The notes below the pieces were generated by a model. That model was not told the origin of the DNA. It did no database searches and saw nothing but the letters and a program-made list of their open reading frames with translations. A DNA stretch of 63,172 bases, the filler included, from Octopus bimaculoides (lineage: Eukaryota): the NCBI RefSeq assembly GCF_001194135.2. It is 8 parts of 7 records of this genome, joined end to end, with 100 filler letters (N's around TTAATTAATTAA, not from the genome) between each part and the next. Parts side by side here need not be neighbours in the genome. Positions count along the whole stretch, not along the records: positions 1 to 31,082 come from NC_068994.1; positions 31,183 to 37,539 come from NC_068981.1; 6 more parts are not named here. One strand, 5' to 3'. The translations under genes were made by a program, and so were the position numbers. Shown here piece after piece: positions 1-35,159 of this stretch (positions are counted from its first letter, which is position 1; each line of letters opens with the position of its first letter).

Positions 1-343
1 ACTGCATAGTGCCAAAGATCCCAGCAATGCCATCGCACTTCAGGACCAGTTACTGCAACAGCTTGGGATTCAGGGGCCCACAGCTTTTTAATATTCTCCC
101 AAAGAGCCTGAGGAATCTGCACAAAGTAGATGTAGGAGTTTTTAAATCAAAGCTGGACCTCTTCCTATCGAGAGTCCCAGATGAACCTACCTCGCGGCAG
201 GAGGTGCAAATGAGGGTTGCTAAATCAAACTCCATTCTTCACCAAGTGCCACATATTGTAAGAGGCTCCCTGTAATAACAGTGTAACAACACGGTGGTGC
301 ATCAGCATGGCCGCAGCTCTAAGCTGAAACTTAAAAAAAAAAA
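1..343 (+). mobile_element. 3' end of a CR1/L2-group LINE (ORF2 C-terminus, short 3' UTR, A-tail)
   Basis: NSLGFRGPQLFNILPKSLRN..FKSKLDLFLSRVPDEP..SNSILHQ resembles CR1/L2-type ORF2 C-termini; poly(A) at 333-343. Confidence 0.75.
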
Positions 344-861
344 TATATAAAACCTTAAAATGGTTTTGGTGCATTTACAGAGATTATCGAACTGTCTTAC
401 ATAGGATCTTGTTTTTAGGAATTCCCAATAAGTTATAAATACCCAAATATACCCTTCAGCCTTCATCAGGTGTCTTGGGGAAATTTCGAATCTGGGTTCT
501 CATTCTTAAAGTATTTTTCGATGTTGTTATTATTATTATTATTATTATTCAGGTCACTGCCTGGAATCGAACTCGGTCTGTCGAATATAAATAATGTACA
601 TAATTTCTCATCTCTTAAATATAAATCTGAAAAGGGCTTTTGTGCGTTCCCAGAGACTATAACCCTTAGGAGCACTAGTGTTGAAATAGATTTGCAATGA
701 ATGCAGAAGCAGACTGACATTTAGTCTTACAGTAGACATACAAATAAATTTGCATATAGATTTTAAAATAAAATAACTTGTAGATTTATCAAGACATTTA
801 CAACACTTACAAATATGACAGGTAAATAATAAATACCTGATGATTTGGTGGATCTTATTAA

Positions 862-2900
862 GTTTGCAGAGCTTCTTGATAATCATTTTTGGTCTTTCCT
901 CATGGGACATAAATAAACAAATGATTAGGATTGCCGACTCTTGAGCATCCTACATAAAGTTGGCTCCGCAAAGTTCAGACCTACCACATCTAACGACTGC
1001 CCCCCTGGGCCTTGTTAATGCTCATTGCAAAGCGCAGTTTCAACAGGAATTACAGGCGCTTGTACTGGAAAGGCATATCTGAGGGAATAAGTGGAATTCT
1101 AGGAATGAATACAGGCTCACCGCTTGCTTTAGCAGTCAAAATTGTGGTCTCCAAGACTGTTGGCATCATCTTTATTATAAGTCGTGTACCACTGCAAAGA
1201 TTTGATAGATTGAGGTTTCGAAGCAGGATAACTGGTGCCCCAATCTTGAGGTGCAAGTTGTGAGGTAGGAGGCAGGGTGGTAACTATTCAAGAATTCAAC
1301 TGGATAATTCACAGCTTCATTGAAATTGAGTACAGTGTCAATGGAATTGTAGATGTGACGCTCACCTGGCAACTGTTCCAGAAGTTTGATGTTCAAATCA
1401 TCAACTGCCACATTCTTTGGAGCTAAAATGATGCAGGTTTTCAGCCAGTTGTGGTCTGTAAACTGATTCCTTGAGTTATGAAACACCTTATTCATTAGTT
1501 CCTTTAAATCAGATACCATATGTCCAAAAGGCAAGCTTACCCAGCCACCCTTCTCGCCAACCGAAGTACCATTGCGGACGTCCAACAGTTGCTTTGAAAA
1601 GTTGTCTACGTCATCATCACTGAGCTGCACTCTCATGTTGGTTATGAGTCTTAGCTTTTGCACACTGTTCCATAGATAGGATGACTTTATGCTGGCATTT
1701 ACCTCATCAGCTCTTGTCCCCTTTGGAACCATGGGAAGGGTTTGTCTAGAGTTTCCTGCAAGCAAGACTGTGGCACTTCCCATGAGCCTAGTGTTGTGTC
1801 TCAGATCCTGAAGGGACATGTCAAGAGCTTCAAAGAAAACCTTATGGCTCATTGTCACTTTATCCCAGATTATCAACATGTATTCACCCAGAAGTTTGCC
1901 TTTTATAGAAACGCGACTGATGTTGCAGTTTGCCTTCTCTTTCTTGGACAGGTCCAAAGGGAGTTTGAAACAGGAATGAGCTGTGCAGCCACCACTTAGC
2001 AGAGTTGCAGCTATTCCACTTGACGCCACTGCTATGGCAATGTTTCATTTGACGTAGTTTAGCCAGAAGAAGGTTGATGACAAATGTCTTGCCAATTCTA
2101 CCTGGAGCATCCAGAAAGAAAAGATCTCCTCTTTCACTTTCAATGCTCGGAATAATGGTCTTATAAACACCCAATTGGTCCTCCATCAGTTTGTGTTCGT
2201 TATCAGCTATACAAGCCGTCATTTCCTCAATGTCATGGCTGATTTCTTGCAGGTACTCAATTGCGAGTTTGTTTGCTGCCTGCTCCGGTTGAGGCAGACC
2301 AAATATGGCAATGCCTTGATCTCCTATAGCTTGCACTCGGGTGTCCAGGTCAAGTAATACCGCATTATAAATGGCGTTATTAAACGTGGCAATTTCCGCT
2401 GAGGTTTGCCTTTGAATCATTTGTAGGAAGTCCTCTGCCATGCTGGTTTTGTGAGTCTCCCAAAGTTTGAGAGGTTCACCCTAGCCATATGTCATCAACA
2501 TAATAGAAAATAGCTGGCGCAGTTGATTTGGTGCTCTGCTGCCTCCTCTAGTGTCTGGTCCCAGTGAGCATCGTCCTTAAGTAGTCCATGTTTGGCGCAG
2601 GCTTCTCTGTAGGTCATGCAGACTTCCCCATTGTGTCCTCCGAAGTCTGGTAGTGTGCAGCAGTAAATGCAGGAAGAAGCACTCCTACTGATTAGGGTGC
2701 AAAGTGAACACCCGCCAGATGGCCCCACTTCTGAAGACAGCATATTCTTTCCAGCCCTCAACAAGTGCTCTTTGCTTGCGTCTGTTTCATCTATTGTGTG
2801 TCCAAGTATAATACATGGGAACCTCAACATACAACAGTGTCTGGGCAAACAGATCATATTGGCATAATTTGAAGAAAGCTATCAAAGTGGTTTCAGAACT
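862..2900 (-). mobile_element. Helitron Rep/PIF1-helicase remnant (frameshifted)
   Basis: TTLIAFFKLCQ..LLYVEVPMYYTW; TYREACAKHGLL; FFLDAPGRIGKTF; MASSGIAATLLSGGCTAHS; ILAPKN; LKIGAPVILLRNLN; RIPLIP; FAMSINKAQG. Confidence 0.95.
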
Positions 2901-3985
2901 ACATTTCAACCCATGCAAGCATGAAGTATGCATGTGTGTGTTCAGAACTGTACTCCAAGAAAGTTGCAAGCTAGAAGAGATGTTATAACTGACAACATGA
3001 AATAAGAGACCCCTGCCTTGAAAAACAGGGTTTGGGTTAGAAAAGATATTTAGCTGTAAAACAATACCACAATAACATATATCTCTAACACATTATCATG
3101 GAAAAATGGACATAAAACTATCGTTTATTTGTATCATTTAACACCTATCTTCCCATGCTAGCATGGTCTCGATGGATGAAGGTTGAGGCAGGACTTTTAC
3201 AGCCAGATGCATTTCCTGTTAACACCCCTTACATGTTTTTCAAGTAAGGGATCACTGATTCCAGAGGAATTCTAAAGCACAGAGCTAGTGCTTGATTTGA
3301 TGAAATGGAAAAAAGGGGTTGCGAGTGACATCACTGTTTGTAACTGAACTGCAAAAGGGTAGGCCACAGTGTGATTTTGTTCACACAGACACAAACTTGA
3401 ACACACACATAAAACTCAGTGTGTGTGCGTAGAACTGACATAATGGGTTTCTTACAGCTTCCATCAAACAAATTACCTCACAAGGTGCTAATAAGCCATG
3501 AACCAAAGCAGAAGGTACTGAGGAAGTGAGAGGAAACCTGAAGAACCACAAAACACTGCAGGTGAGGAGCACATTGCCATATATACACACACAAGTCTGC
3601 TTGTGTGTATCCATATTTATATATATACACACACATACAAGTATTTATCCATTCAATGTGTTTTCCTATATTTGCATCACTTGAATGGGGACTTATGTAA
3701 AGCAAACTTTTATGTGAATGTTCCTCCTGTTGGCAATATTTAACTGTGTTTTAAGTAAGGAAATTTCCATTCCACAGATCTTCCAAACCGTTCAGCAACC
3801 AGTCAGAATATGGACAGCAAATAATATCACTGACAACAAGTAAAAGTGTGAGCTGTTAAGATTCAGGCACAGTCACAAACATACATGTGTACAAATATCT
3901 TATGTATAGTCACATGTACATTTATATATAATATATATATACACATGCCAGCATGGGAGGCAGATGTTAAACGATGATGATGATG

Positions 3986-4052
<67 letters not shown>

Positions 4053-4485
4053 CACACACAAACTATACATAAATAGCATTTCCTGCATCAATGGAGAGCA
4101 TGCCAAAGATATATAAATAACTGCAAAAAAGAAATCCAATATTAATAGAAATACTTGATTTTATGACAGACAGTTGAAAACAAGCTAAATACATGCTACA
4201 TGCAGCAAACCTCAGTTCCAGAGTTTTCATCTTCAAAATTGCTTGCTTTAGCTTAAGGTAGCAGGAGTTACAGAAATATCTTTTTTTTATATTGTAATAA
4301 AATCAATTTAACATCAAACTAAAGAATTAGTCAATACTTTCCATGGAGAACATATTTATTCAACTCCTAGTAAAAGAGGAGTGACAGCAACTTCAAAGTT
4401 TTGGCCTGTTAGTCCTTATCGGACAACCAGACAACAAATAGCAGGCTGAAACCTCAAAGACACTGTGACCCTCTTGTAAAAGTTG

Positions 4486-4545
<60 letters not shown>

Positions 4546-4731
4546 TCTACATGCATGTATATACATACACATATGTGTATGTATATGTAGGCTTATATGT
4601 GTAAATATATATATATATGTAAATGTATATGTGTGTGTTGTGTATATAATATATATATATGACACATATACATACACAAACACACATAAATATATTATGC
4701 ACACACATATACATGCGTGTGTGCACATATA

Positions 4732-5459
4732 CAGGGTGGGCCAAAGGTCACGTACCAAAACACATTCATTTTGTTCCTCATGTACAAGTACATATGTATT
4801 CATTATTTTATTTTTTTTATTCAATTTTAGAAAAATTGATGCATGTCTTTGACAATTCTTGAGCGTATTGAACTTACTTCTCTGTTTGGTTGTGAGTGTG
4901 CAACAAATAGAACCATTGCTGACACTTTCAACCAAAAACCTCCTGGAAAAGTCACATCAGCACACAACAGTTGATCGACTCCATGCAACAGGCAGTGGTG
5001 CACGACAACTACCCAAAGTGGCTGCCGTGTATGTGTATTTGTCATAAACAAGCTTCAAAATAGTGTGGTATTCTTCATACAACAATGCAACATATAATAA
5101 AAGCTGCAAACATTTCAAACATTTTCAACACTTGTGATCAAACTGTTGACATTTTCGAATGTTTTTCTGCCTTGAAATGAAAGTGTTGTTTTTTTGGAAA
5201 TGTGCAATATATATTGCTTTCAAATCCTGGCATAAGGCCAGCAATTTCAGAAGAGTTAAGTCAATTACATCAACCCTAATAGATAACTGGTACTTAATTT
5301 ATTGACCCCAAAAGAATGGAAGGTCAAGTCGACCTTGGCAGAATTTGAACTAAGAACATAAGGACAGATGAAATGCCACTAAGCATTTCGCCTGGCATGC
5401 CAGTTCACTACCGTAAATGTCCAATATATATTAAATGAGTTGATTTTTGGCCCATCCTG
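4732..5459 (+). mobile_element. Internally deleted Tc1/mariner-type DNA transposon with TIRs
   Basis: Left TA|CAGGGTGGGCCAAAGGTCA; right end reverse-complements to CAGGATGGGCCAAAAATCA; internal MSLTILERIELTSL..NRTIADTFNQK resembles a transposase N-terminal HTH. Confidence 0.75.
5228..5413 (-). mobile_element. tRNA-derived SINE nested in the TIR element
   Basis: Homologous to copies at about 7530-7700 and 46620-47015 (gtcgacct..gaatttgaact..aagcattt); B-box GTTCAAATT on the minus strand. Confidence 0.75.
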
Positions 5460-5461
5460 TG

Positions 5462-5501
<40 letters not shown>

Positions 5502-5913
5502 TATACATACACACTCACATAATATACCTAAATATACACTCATCTACATATGTAACTGGCACTCTTGTCGGTTACAACAATGAATTGAAATTAACATGCA
5601 AGTGGCTGAGCGCTCCACATACATACATATACACATATATATATATACACACACACACACACATTGTTCATCTGTGTTACATTTCTTTCAATCTTAACCT
5701 GATCTAGATGAAAATATATTGAGATGTTATTGTCACTGTCCAATGCCCTTCTGGCCACAATCCCTAAGCTGTTTTTCAAGTTATGAATTTATCTTTCTAC
5801 TCATTTTGTGAAATACAGATCCTTGAAATGATTTGTACAAATGAAATTCCAACAAATATTACCAAATTTCATGCAAGGAGTCAGAATGTGAAAACATGTG
5901 AGTGTTTATGTCA

Positions 5914-5944
<31 letters not shown>

Positions 5945-6930
5945 AAGTGAGTGAATTAATGAAAGGAAGTGGCACTCAATACATTTGGTAAGGGTTACCT
6001 AAATGCAGGAATGTGAGCTTCCTGCATATTCAAGGCATTAGTCTGCCAGCAGCTTTCGAAGAGAGAGACATGTACCCAATGTGCCACTCATGTAGACCAA
6101 GCCTGAAATATTGTGATTGTGAATTAATCTCCCTACTCATGCAAGCATTACTGCACTTATTTGTATCTATGTGTATATACAGAGAAACATACACAGATAT
6201 GGGTAAATACAAATTTGGATAAATATCCTTACGTACAAATATAGATGTGCATGTCTTCATATGTGCATATATATACATACATATATGCACAACAATCAGA
6301 TTTGGAATTCATGCCATCACAAATTCCTCTTGTATTTGCCTGATTTCTTACCATCACTAATTTTTGAAGTGTTTTTTTTTAAAGAAAATCCCTTACTTGA
6401 GAAACAAGTATGGGTAGGCTATGTAACTTTCTAGGTAACCCATTCAAACATAGATGCCTACATGTATATTACCTACATGTATATACCTACATGTATATTA
6501 CCTATACACACCCACAAAATCCTACCTAAACTAACTCTTCATCCAAACCCTTGCTAACATGGAAAAACAAATGTTAAACAAATGGCCAAATATACACACA
6601 CAACACAAACACACTGAATGTATATCTATATATATATATATACATACACAGACTCATAGGCTCAGGCTCACACACACACACACACTGACATGTTTTGGCT
6701 TTACAGGTCAATGTGAAAAAGTTTTGCTTACAAGTTTGAACAAAAAATATTAAAATGTTAAATATGAAATGGTAAATGATGAGATGCACTGAGGTGTGAG
6801 GTGAAAGTTAGCAAATGTGGTTATGGTGATGGTTGTGGTGGTGGTGGTAGTAGTAGTAGTAGTATTGTCCATTTGTCCCTTTGACACACCCTTGCCTCCT
6901 CTCACACTGTCAGAAAATATAAGTTGTTCT

Positions 6931-29839
<22,909 letters not shown>

Positions 29840-30431
29840 CTAGAAGAAGACATATAGATGAAAATAAACCAAGTGTGGAGTGATTGTGAATATAACACAC
29901 ACACATTTACTTTTATTTATAGATTAACAAGCATTCTACTTGAGAATGTCGGTAGTCATCTCCATCTAAAATGAAGAAAATTACCAGCATTCCCAAGAGG
30001 ATTGCTTGAAAATTGTGGCGATATCTTTCCACATGAAACCATTGGTTACCTTGTTAATCTACAAATGAAGAATATTTATCGGATCTTTACCCTCTGAACA
30101 GCAAATTGAGAAATTAAATGTTTTGTAACACTTTCAAACTTCGGACACTGGTAGAATGTATCATATAAAACATCTTTTACTCTTATTGTTGTTGAGAAAA
30201 GTTTGTATTTTCAAAGTTATTTCGTGCTGAAGTTGTCGTATTTCAGTAATTTCAACCAATCAAATTACTGCTGTTGTTTGTCAACAACAACATCCGGTGG
30301 AATTTTGGAACGAATATACATATAGATCAAGGGGAACAAGTCTTAATTGTTATCTCCCTTGCATTAGTTTTGGTCATGTTCAAATTTATAAATATTAAAT
30401 ACTAGGGTGCAACTGCAGAAATAAGTCCCAT

Positions 30432-30640
30432 TGTCCGTTATTAGGAAATTGTTGCACCCGTAACGTAGTGTACAGATGCATTATAAGTACAATAACCGAG
30501 AATTATATTTACATAGGATGTAGTATTAATGTGAAACAGAGAATATATAACCATAAGTCTTCTTTTAGATTAAGACATAAGGCAAATAGTACGACATTAA
30601 AAGATAATGGTATTAATTTTAACCTTAAATGGGAAATTTC
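30432..30640 (+). mobile_element. Penelope-like GIY-YIG endonuclease fragment
   Basis: CPLLGNCCTRNVVYRC..YIYIGCSINVKQRIYNHKSSF..INFNLKWEI. Confidence 0.85.
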
Positions 30641-30890
30641 TGCTAGAAATAGCAGCTAAATCACCGTTTTTGGCAAAATCATATTTGGAGAAATTTCTGC
30701 TTTTGGCAAAATCATATTTGGCGAAATTTCTGCTAGAAATAGCAGCTAAATCACCGTTTTTGGCAAAATCATATTTGGAGAAATTTCTGCTTTTGGCAAA
30801 ATCATATTTGGCGAAATTTCTGCTAGAAATAGAAGCTAAATCACCGTTTTTGGCAAAATTGGTGAAATTTCTGCTTTTGGCAAAATCATG
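30633..30890. repeat. 90-bp higher-order tandem repeat (about 2.8 units) with an internal subrepeat of about 32 bp
   Basis: gaaatttctgctagaaatag starts at 30633, 30723 and 30813. Confidence 0.93.
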
Positions 30891-31082
30891 TTTTAGCTTT
30901 TTCTGCAGGAAGTTACAAAATTTTTTGGCCTAAGACACTACATAGACCCTAAAAGAATTTTGCTCCTGAAAAATGGAGCTCATGGAGCTGAAAAATGTGG
31001 GAGTTAAGGCCCCTATTGGTGATGGGTGTATTAATGTCAACCAGAGAAGTTTAATTGTTGGGAATCTTTTTCACTTGTGTGT

Positions 31083-31182
31083 NNNNNNNNNNNNNNNNNN
31101 NNNNNNNNNNNNNNNNNNNNNNNNNNTTAATTAATTAANNNNNNNNNNNNNNNNNNNNNNNNNNNNNNNNNNNNNNNNNNNN
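31083..31182. other. Artificial scaffold spacer N44-TTAATTAATTAA-N44 (also at 37540, 39122, 41456, 52096, 53484 and 60466)
   Basis: Seven identical 100-bp blocks; the 12-mer has stop codons in all six frames. Confidence 0.95.
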
Positions 31183-31541
31183 TTTTCTCTTGGTTATTCT
31201 TTTCTGATTTCGGGGTTTGTCATTGAGAGCGTTTAGCTCCTGCTTGAGAGTGATCAGTTCGAAACTGAGTGTCCGCTGTTTATCTGTTGAGCTGTTGTTT
31301 TTCTTCTGTTCCTTGGTTGTGTTGTTGATGTTGTGTCCAGCCATGTTGTTTGTAGTAACTCTCGGCATGCCAAATTGAAGTCGAAAATCAATACGATCTT
31401 TAATAAAAGGCTCCTTCAGTTAATTTATCTGAAGATTAACCAATTATTTGACAAGGCTTCAAAGATGGAGATGGTATTCATCGTATTTTCGATAGTCTCC
31501 CACACTAAATACGCGTCGTGTCACTTCGTGTCTGTATGTCC

Positions 31542-31572
<31 letters not shown>

Positions 31573-32354
31573 TGTATGTATGTATGCACGCACGTACGTA
31601 TGTATGCATGTATGTGCAGATTTGTATGTTTTATGTATGTACTCTCATGCATATTGTTATATGTTCACATCTATGTGCATGCGTAGGTATACGTATATAT
31701 GAATACATCTTCACTAGTAGTACTATCTTGTTAAGCGCATCTACTAAGCAGTATGAACTGTGTTTAAGGCAGATACGCACAGCGTGTATCACTCCGCTAT
31801 AGACACTGTTTGTAAACATGTCAAATAAAGTAAACACGTAGAAACGTAACAATGCCTTCAGTGAGTTGTTTATTATCCCACAAAGAACAAAAGAATACAT
31901 AACACATATAGTTACATATCTAGACATGCTCATATATATTTAATGATAAACTTCTGGAAAGTTTTACAGATTTTTACAGTTCCATTGATGAATTAGATTT
32001 GTNNNNNNNNNNNNNNNNNNNNNNNNNNNNNNNNNNNNNNNNNNNNNNNNNNNNNNNNNNNNNNNNNNNNNNNNNNNNNNNNNNNNNNNNNNNNNNNNNN
32101 NNNNNNNNNNNNNNNNNNNNNNNNNNNNNNNNNNNNNNNNNNNNNNNNNNNNNNNNNNNNNNNNNNNNNNNNNNNNNNNNNNNNNNNNNNNNNNNNNNNN
32201 NNNNNNNNNNNNNNNNNNNNNNNNNNNNNNNNNNNNNNNNNNNNNNNNNNNNNNNNNNNNNNNNNNNNNNNNNNNNNNNNNNNNNNNNNNNNNNNNNNNN
32301 NNNNNNNNNNNNNNNNNNNNNNNNNNNNNNNNNNNNNNNNNNNNNNNNNNNNNA

Positions 32355-33682
32355 TAACTACTTATGATGTGGGTGATATGTTCAGTGTGAACTCCACAAA
32401 ATCTGCATTGGTTATCACATTTTACTGATTTCCTGCATCTCTATCCTTTTTGTGCATCAAATATTTAGTTGATATTTCCTGATCCTGCATTACAAACGCA
32501 TACTCTTCAAAGTCGGAGGTAGCAATCCGGCTATTGGTCCATAATAAGTGCTTTGATGATCGATGTTACTATCATCACGGAACTTTCTACTAACATTCAT
32601 GCATGATCATACGCTCACATAGGCTCATCCTTTCATCTGATAATAGGTTGCGGTAGAGTCGTGCGACTTATTTGGGTATGTATTCTAGGTTACCAGACAA
32701 AGAGTGTTGCTCAAGGAGCTGCCTTCCAAGTCTTATGATGTTATCAGCCTCATGTATGCAAACTTGGTCAAGGGATGCACTTCGACACTTGGTGTTTAAA
32801 AGATGTTGCCGAAAGGATATGATGCAACATTCAAAGGCATTTAGGATCGATGTGAAACCTCTGCCGCCTTGTTTTCGTTTTAGGTAGTGGCGGTCTAAGT
32901 CTCTGTTTATGTGGAAATGTTGGGACGAGTACTGGCGCTGCAAATACATTGTAGGACATTGTTTTATTGAATGTAGAAAGTTCTGAGGTCCAAAGTTTTT
33001 TTATTCGGCTGTAATATTCTTTAGTGACACGTGTTTTGTTACAGGTGCCTTTGTAAGATATATTTTCATCCACCCCTAGGTACCAGATACATGGGAAACA
33101 GTCAAACCATTGACGGAAATGCTACAAGTCTGGTTTATAGTTTTCCTATTCACAACCATATAACAACATTTATCCTGACCAAACACCAACCGTACATCCT
33201 TTGGGAATGTTGTAACTGGCTCAAGGCTCTTTTTCATCTCACGCACATTCTTTGCATAAAGCTTTAAGTCATCCACAAAGAAACAATGTGTAATTTTGAT
33301 ATTTTTGTTTCCTTGTGAACCAGTAAGATATCCTTCAGATTTCCTTAGCATGAATGACAAGGAGTTTACAGAAGATATAAAGAGCATCACAGAGAGGCTG
33401 TCACCTTGGAATATGCCTTTGTGACACTGCATTCTATCAGTGATAATGCAGCCACTCATTGTGTTTAAGTTTAATATGGTGGCCCACGATGAAATCATGT
33501 CAGCTATGGTTTTGACTATTTTCACTGGAACTTTAGCAAGTTGAAGGGTTTCTGGCATCCATGTGTGGGGAACACAGTGAAAGGTTTTCTTGTAGTCTCG
33601 CCACATTGAAACTAAATTCCTCCTATGCTCTCGCATCTGACATCACAGTTTTGTTGATTAACAATTGCTCGGCTCATGTATG

Positions 33683-33716
<34 letters not shown>

Positions 33717-34200
33717 TGTATGTATGTATGTATGTATGTACGTGTAGCAGGAATATTTGGTCAGTACATCCAATGCCACGGTTCTGACCAATTGGGACAT
33801 CGCCTAGAACTGACCTGCAGAACTGCAGAGACTCTAGCCGTTGGAGCTGTCTCTCTGATCCGATGGTTTGGCTATAGAAAAACCTCATCTCAAGCACCTA
33901 CGGCAGAGCGCCACAGATGTGAGACAGAGAACACACAACGCTAAGAGCTGCCACACAGAGTGCTGAGGAGATCCCACGCAGAGAATACTGAAAGAATGGC
34001 CTAGCTAAGAGATGACCTGTTACTTCACAACTGAATTTCCTTGTCTGTCGTCACAATCACACGAAGAAAAGCAACATCCCAACTCTCCACAACTTGGTCG
34101 TTCGTCCTAACGATATCTTTCCTTGTAAAACGAAGAAAATAAATACCTCCTTAACTGAATATCCCTCAACCAGGTTTACGTCTTTATCACTAATCCATCT
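32355..34200 (-). mobile_element. R4/Dong-like (RLE) non-LTR retrotransposon remnant, copy 1, interrupted at about 33560-34030
   Basis: DYKKTFHCVPHTW; GIFQGDSLS; FFVDDLKLYAK; ELSTFNK; YLKRKQGGRG; CRFCGVHTEHITHIISS (CCHC). Confidence 0.88.
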
Positions 34201-34246
34201 TCGTTACATATATATGTTTCTCTCTCTTCTGTTTTTAATCTTTTAA

Positions 34247-35095
34247 CCCATTAAGTCCCAAGGTACTGAAATTTCAGAATATTACGTTTAAATTTTCAAA
34301 GATGATTGAAAATAGAGTAAAATGATAAAAATCAATTATAAAAACTGCTTTACTCAAAGTAGAAATAGAAATACACGGTGTCCTATAAAGAGGACCCTGG
34401 GACAATGTGATATACTCATAAATTCAAAATCCTTCATATGTTATCTATTAATATATTCTATTGTTATTAAAGTTTATATATAAAATAGCTAAAGTTTTTG
34501 AAAGAATACAGTGAAATACAAAACATACAAAAAATAATGTATTGAAGGAAATCCATTCAAAAAAACAATGCTTTGTGGAAATGAGCAAAAGCAGTCTAGA
34601 CACAGGGTTACGTTGCACTTTTCACAATGATTTAGTGGTTTACCGCTGTAAGACTTATTCTGACAACGTCGTTGCTGATCTCGTTTAGCTATTATATGGA
34701 CTTTCATATCAAATTTAACGTCAGCAATGGGTGTGGATTGTGTGATCATCTTTGTTTATTGTCCAGATTGCTTAGCAGTGGAGTGCTTTAGATATGAAAC
34801 ACATAGATATCTCCTGAAATCGAGTAAATTTTTATGTTTCACCCTTTACTTCGTGGATCAGTTTATAAATAGTCCATGCATTTACAACAGTCATATTAAT
34901 AACTCTAGTCAACAATGGTCTGTACCACTTTATGCCTCTAATTGAGGTTGCATATTTTGACGCCAACCANNNNNNNNNNNNNNNNNNNNNNNNNNNNNNN
35001 NNNNNNNNNNNNNNNNNNNNNNNNNNNNNNNNNNNNNNNNNNNNNNNNNNNNNNNNNNNNNNNNNNNNNTTTATTGAGGTCTTCACTGGGATATT
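34247..35095 (-). mobile_element. piggyBac remnant (transposase C-terminus and one end)
   Basis: KYATSIRGIKWYRPLL..VVNAWTIYK; Cys-rich tail RRCQ..HCEKCNVTLCLDCF; terminus TTAA|CCCATT at 34243-34252. Confidence 0.8.
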
Positions 35096-35159
35096 CTACC
35101 AGTATTCCTTTTTATTATGTGTGACTATGGTTTCTACCATATTGTGGATGCTTATTTTG

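Noticed and set aside
674-700. Possible Helitron 3' terminus (CTAGT with a small upstream palindrome)
   Set aside because: The hairpin is only about 4 bp and AT-rich, too weak to call
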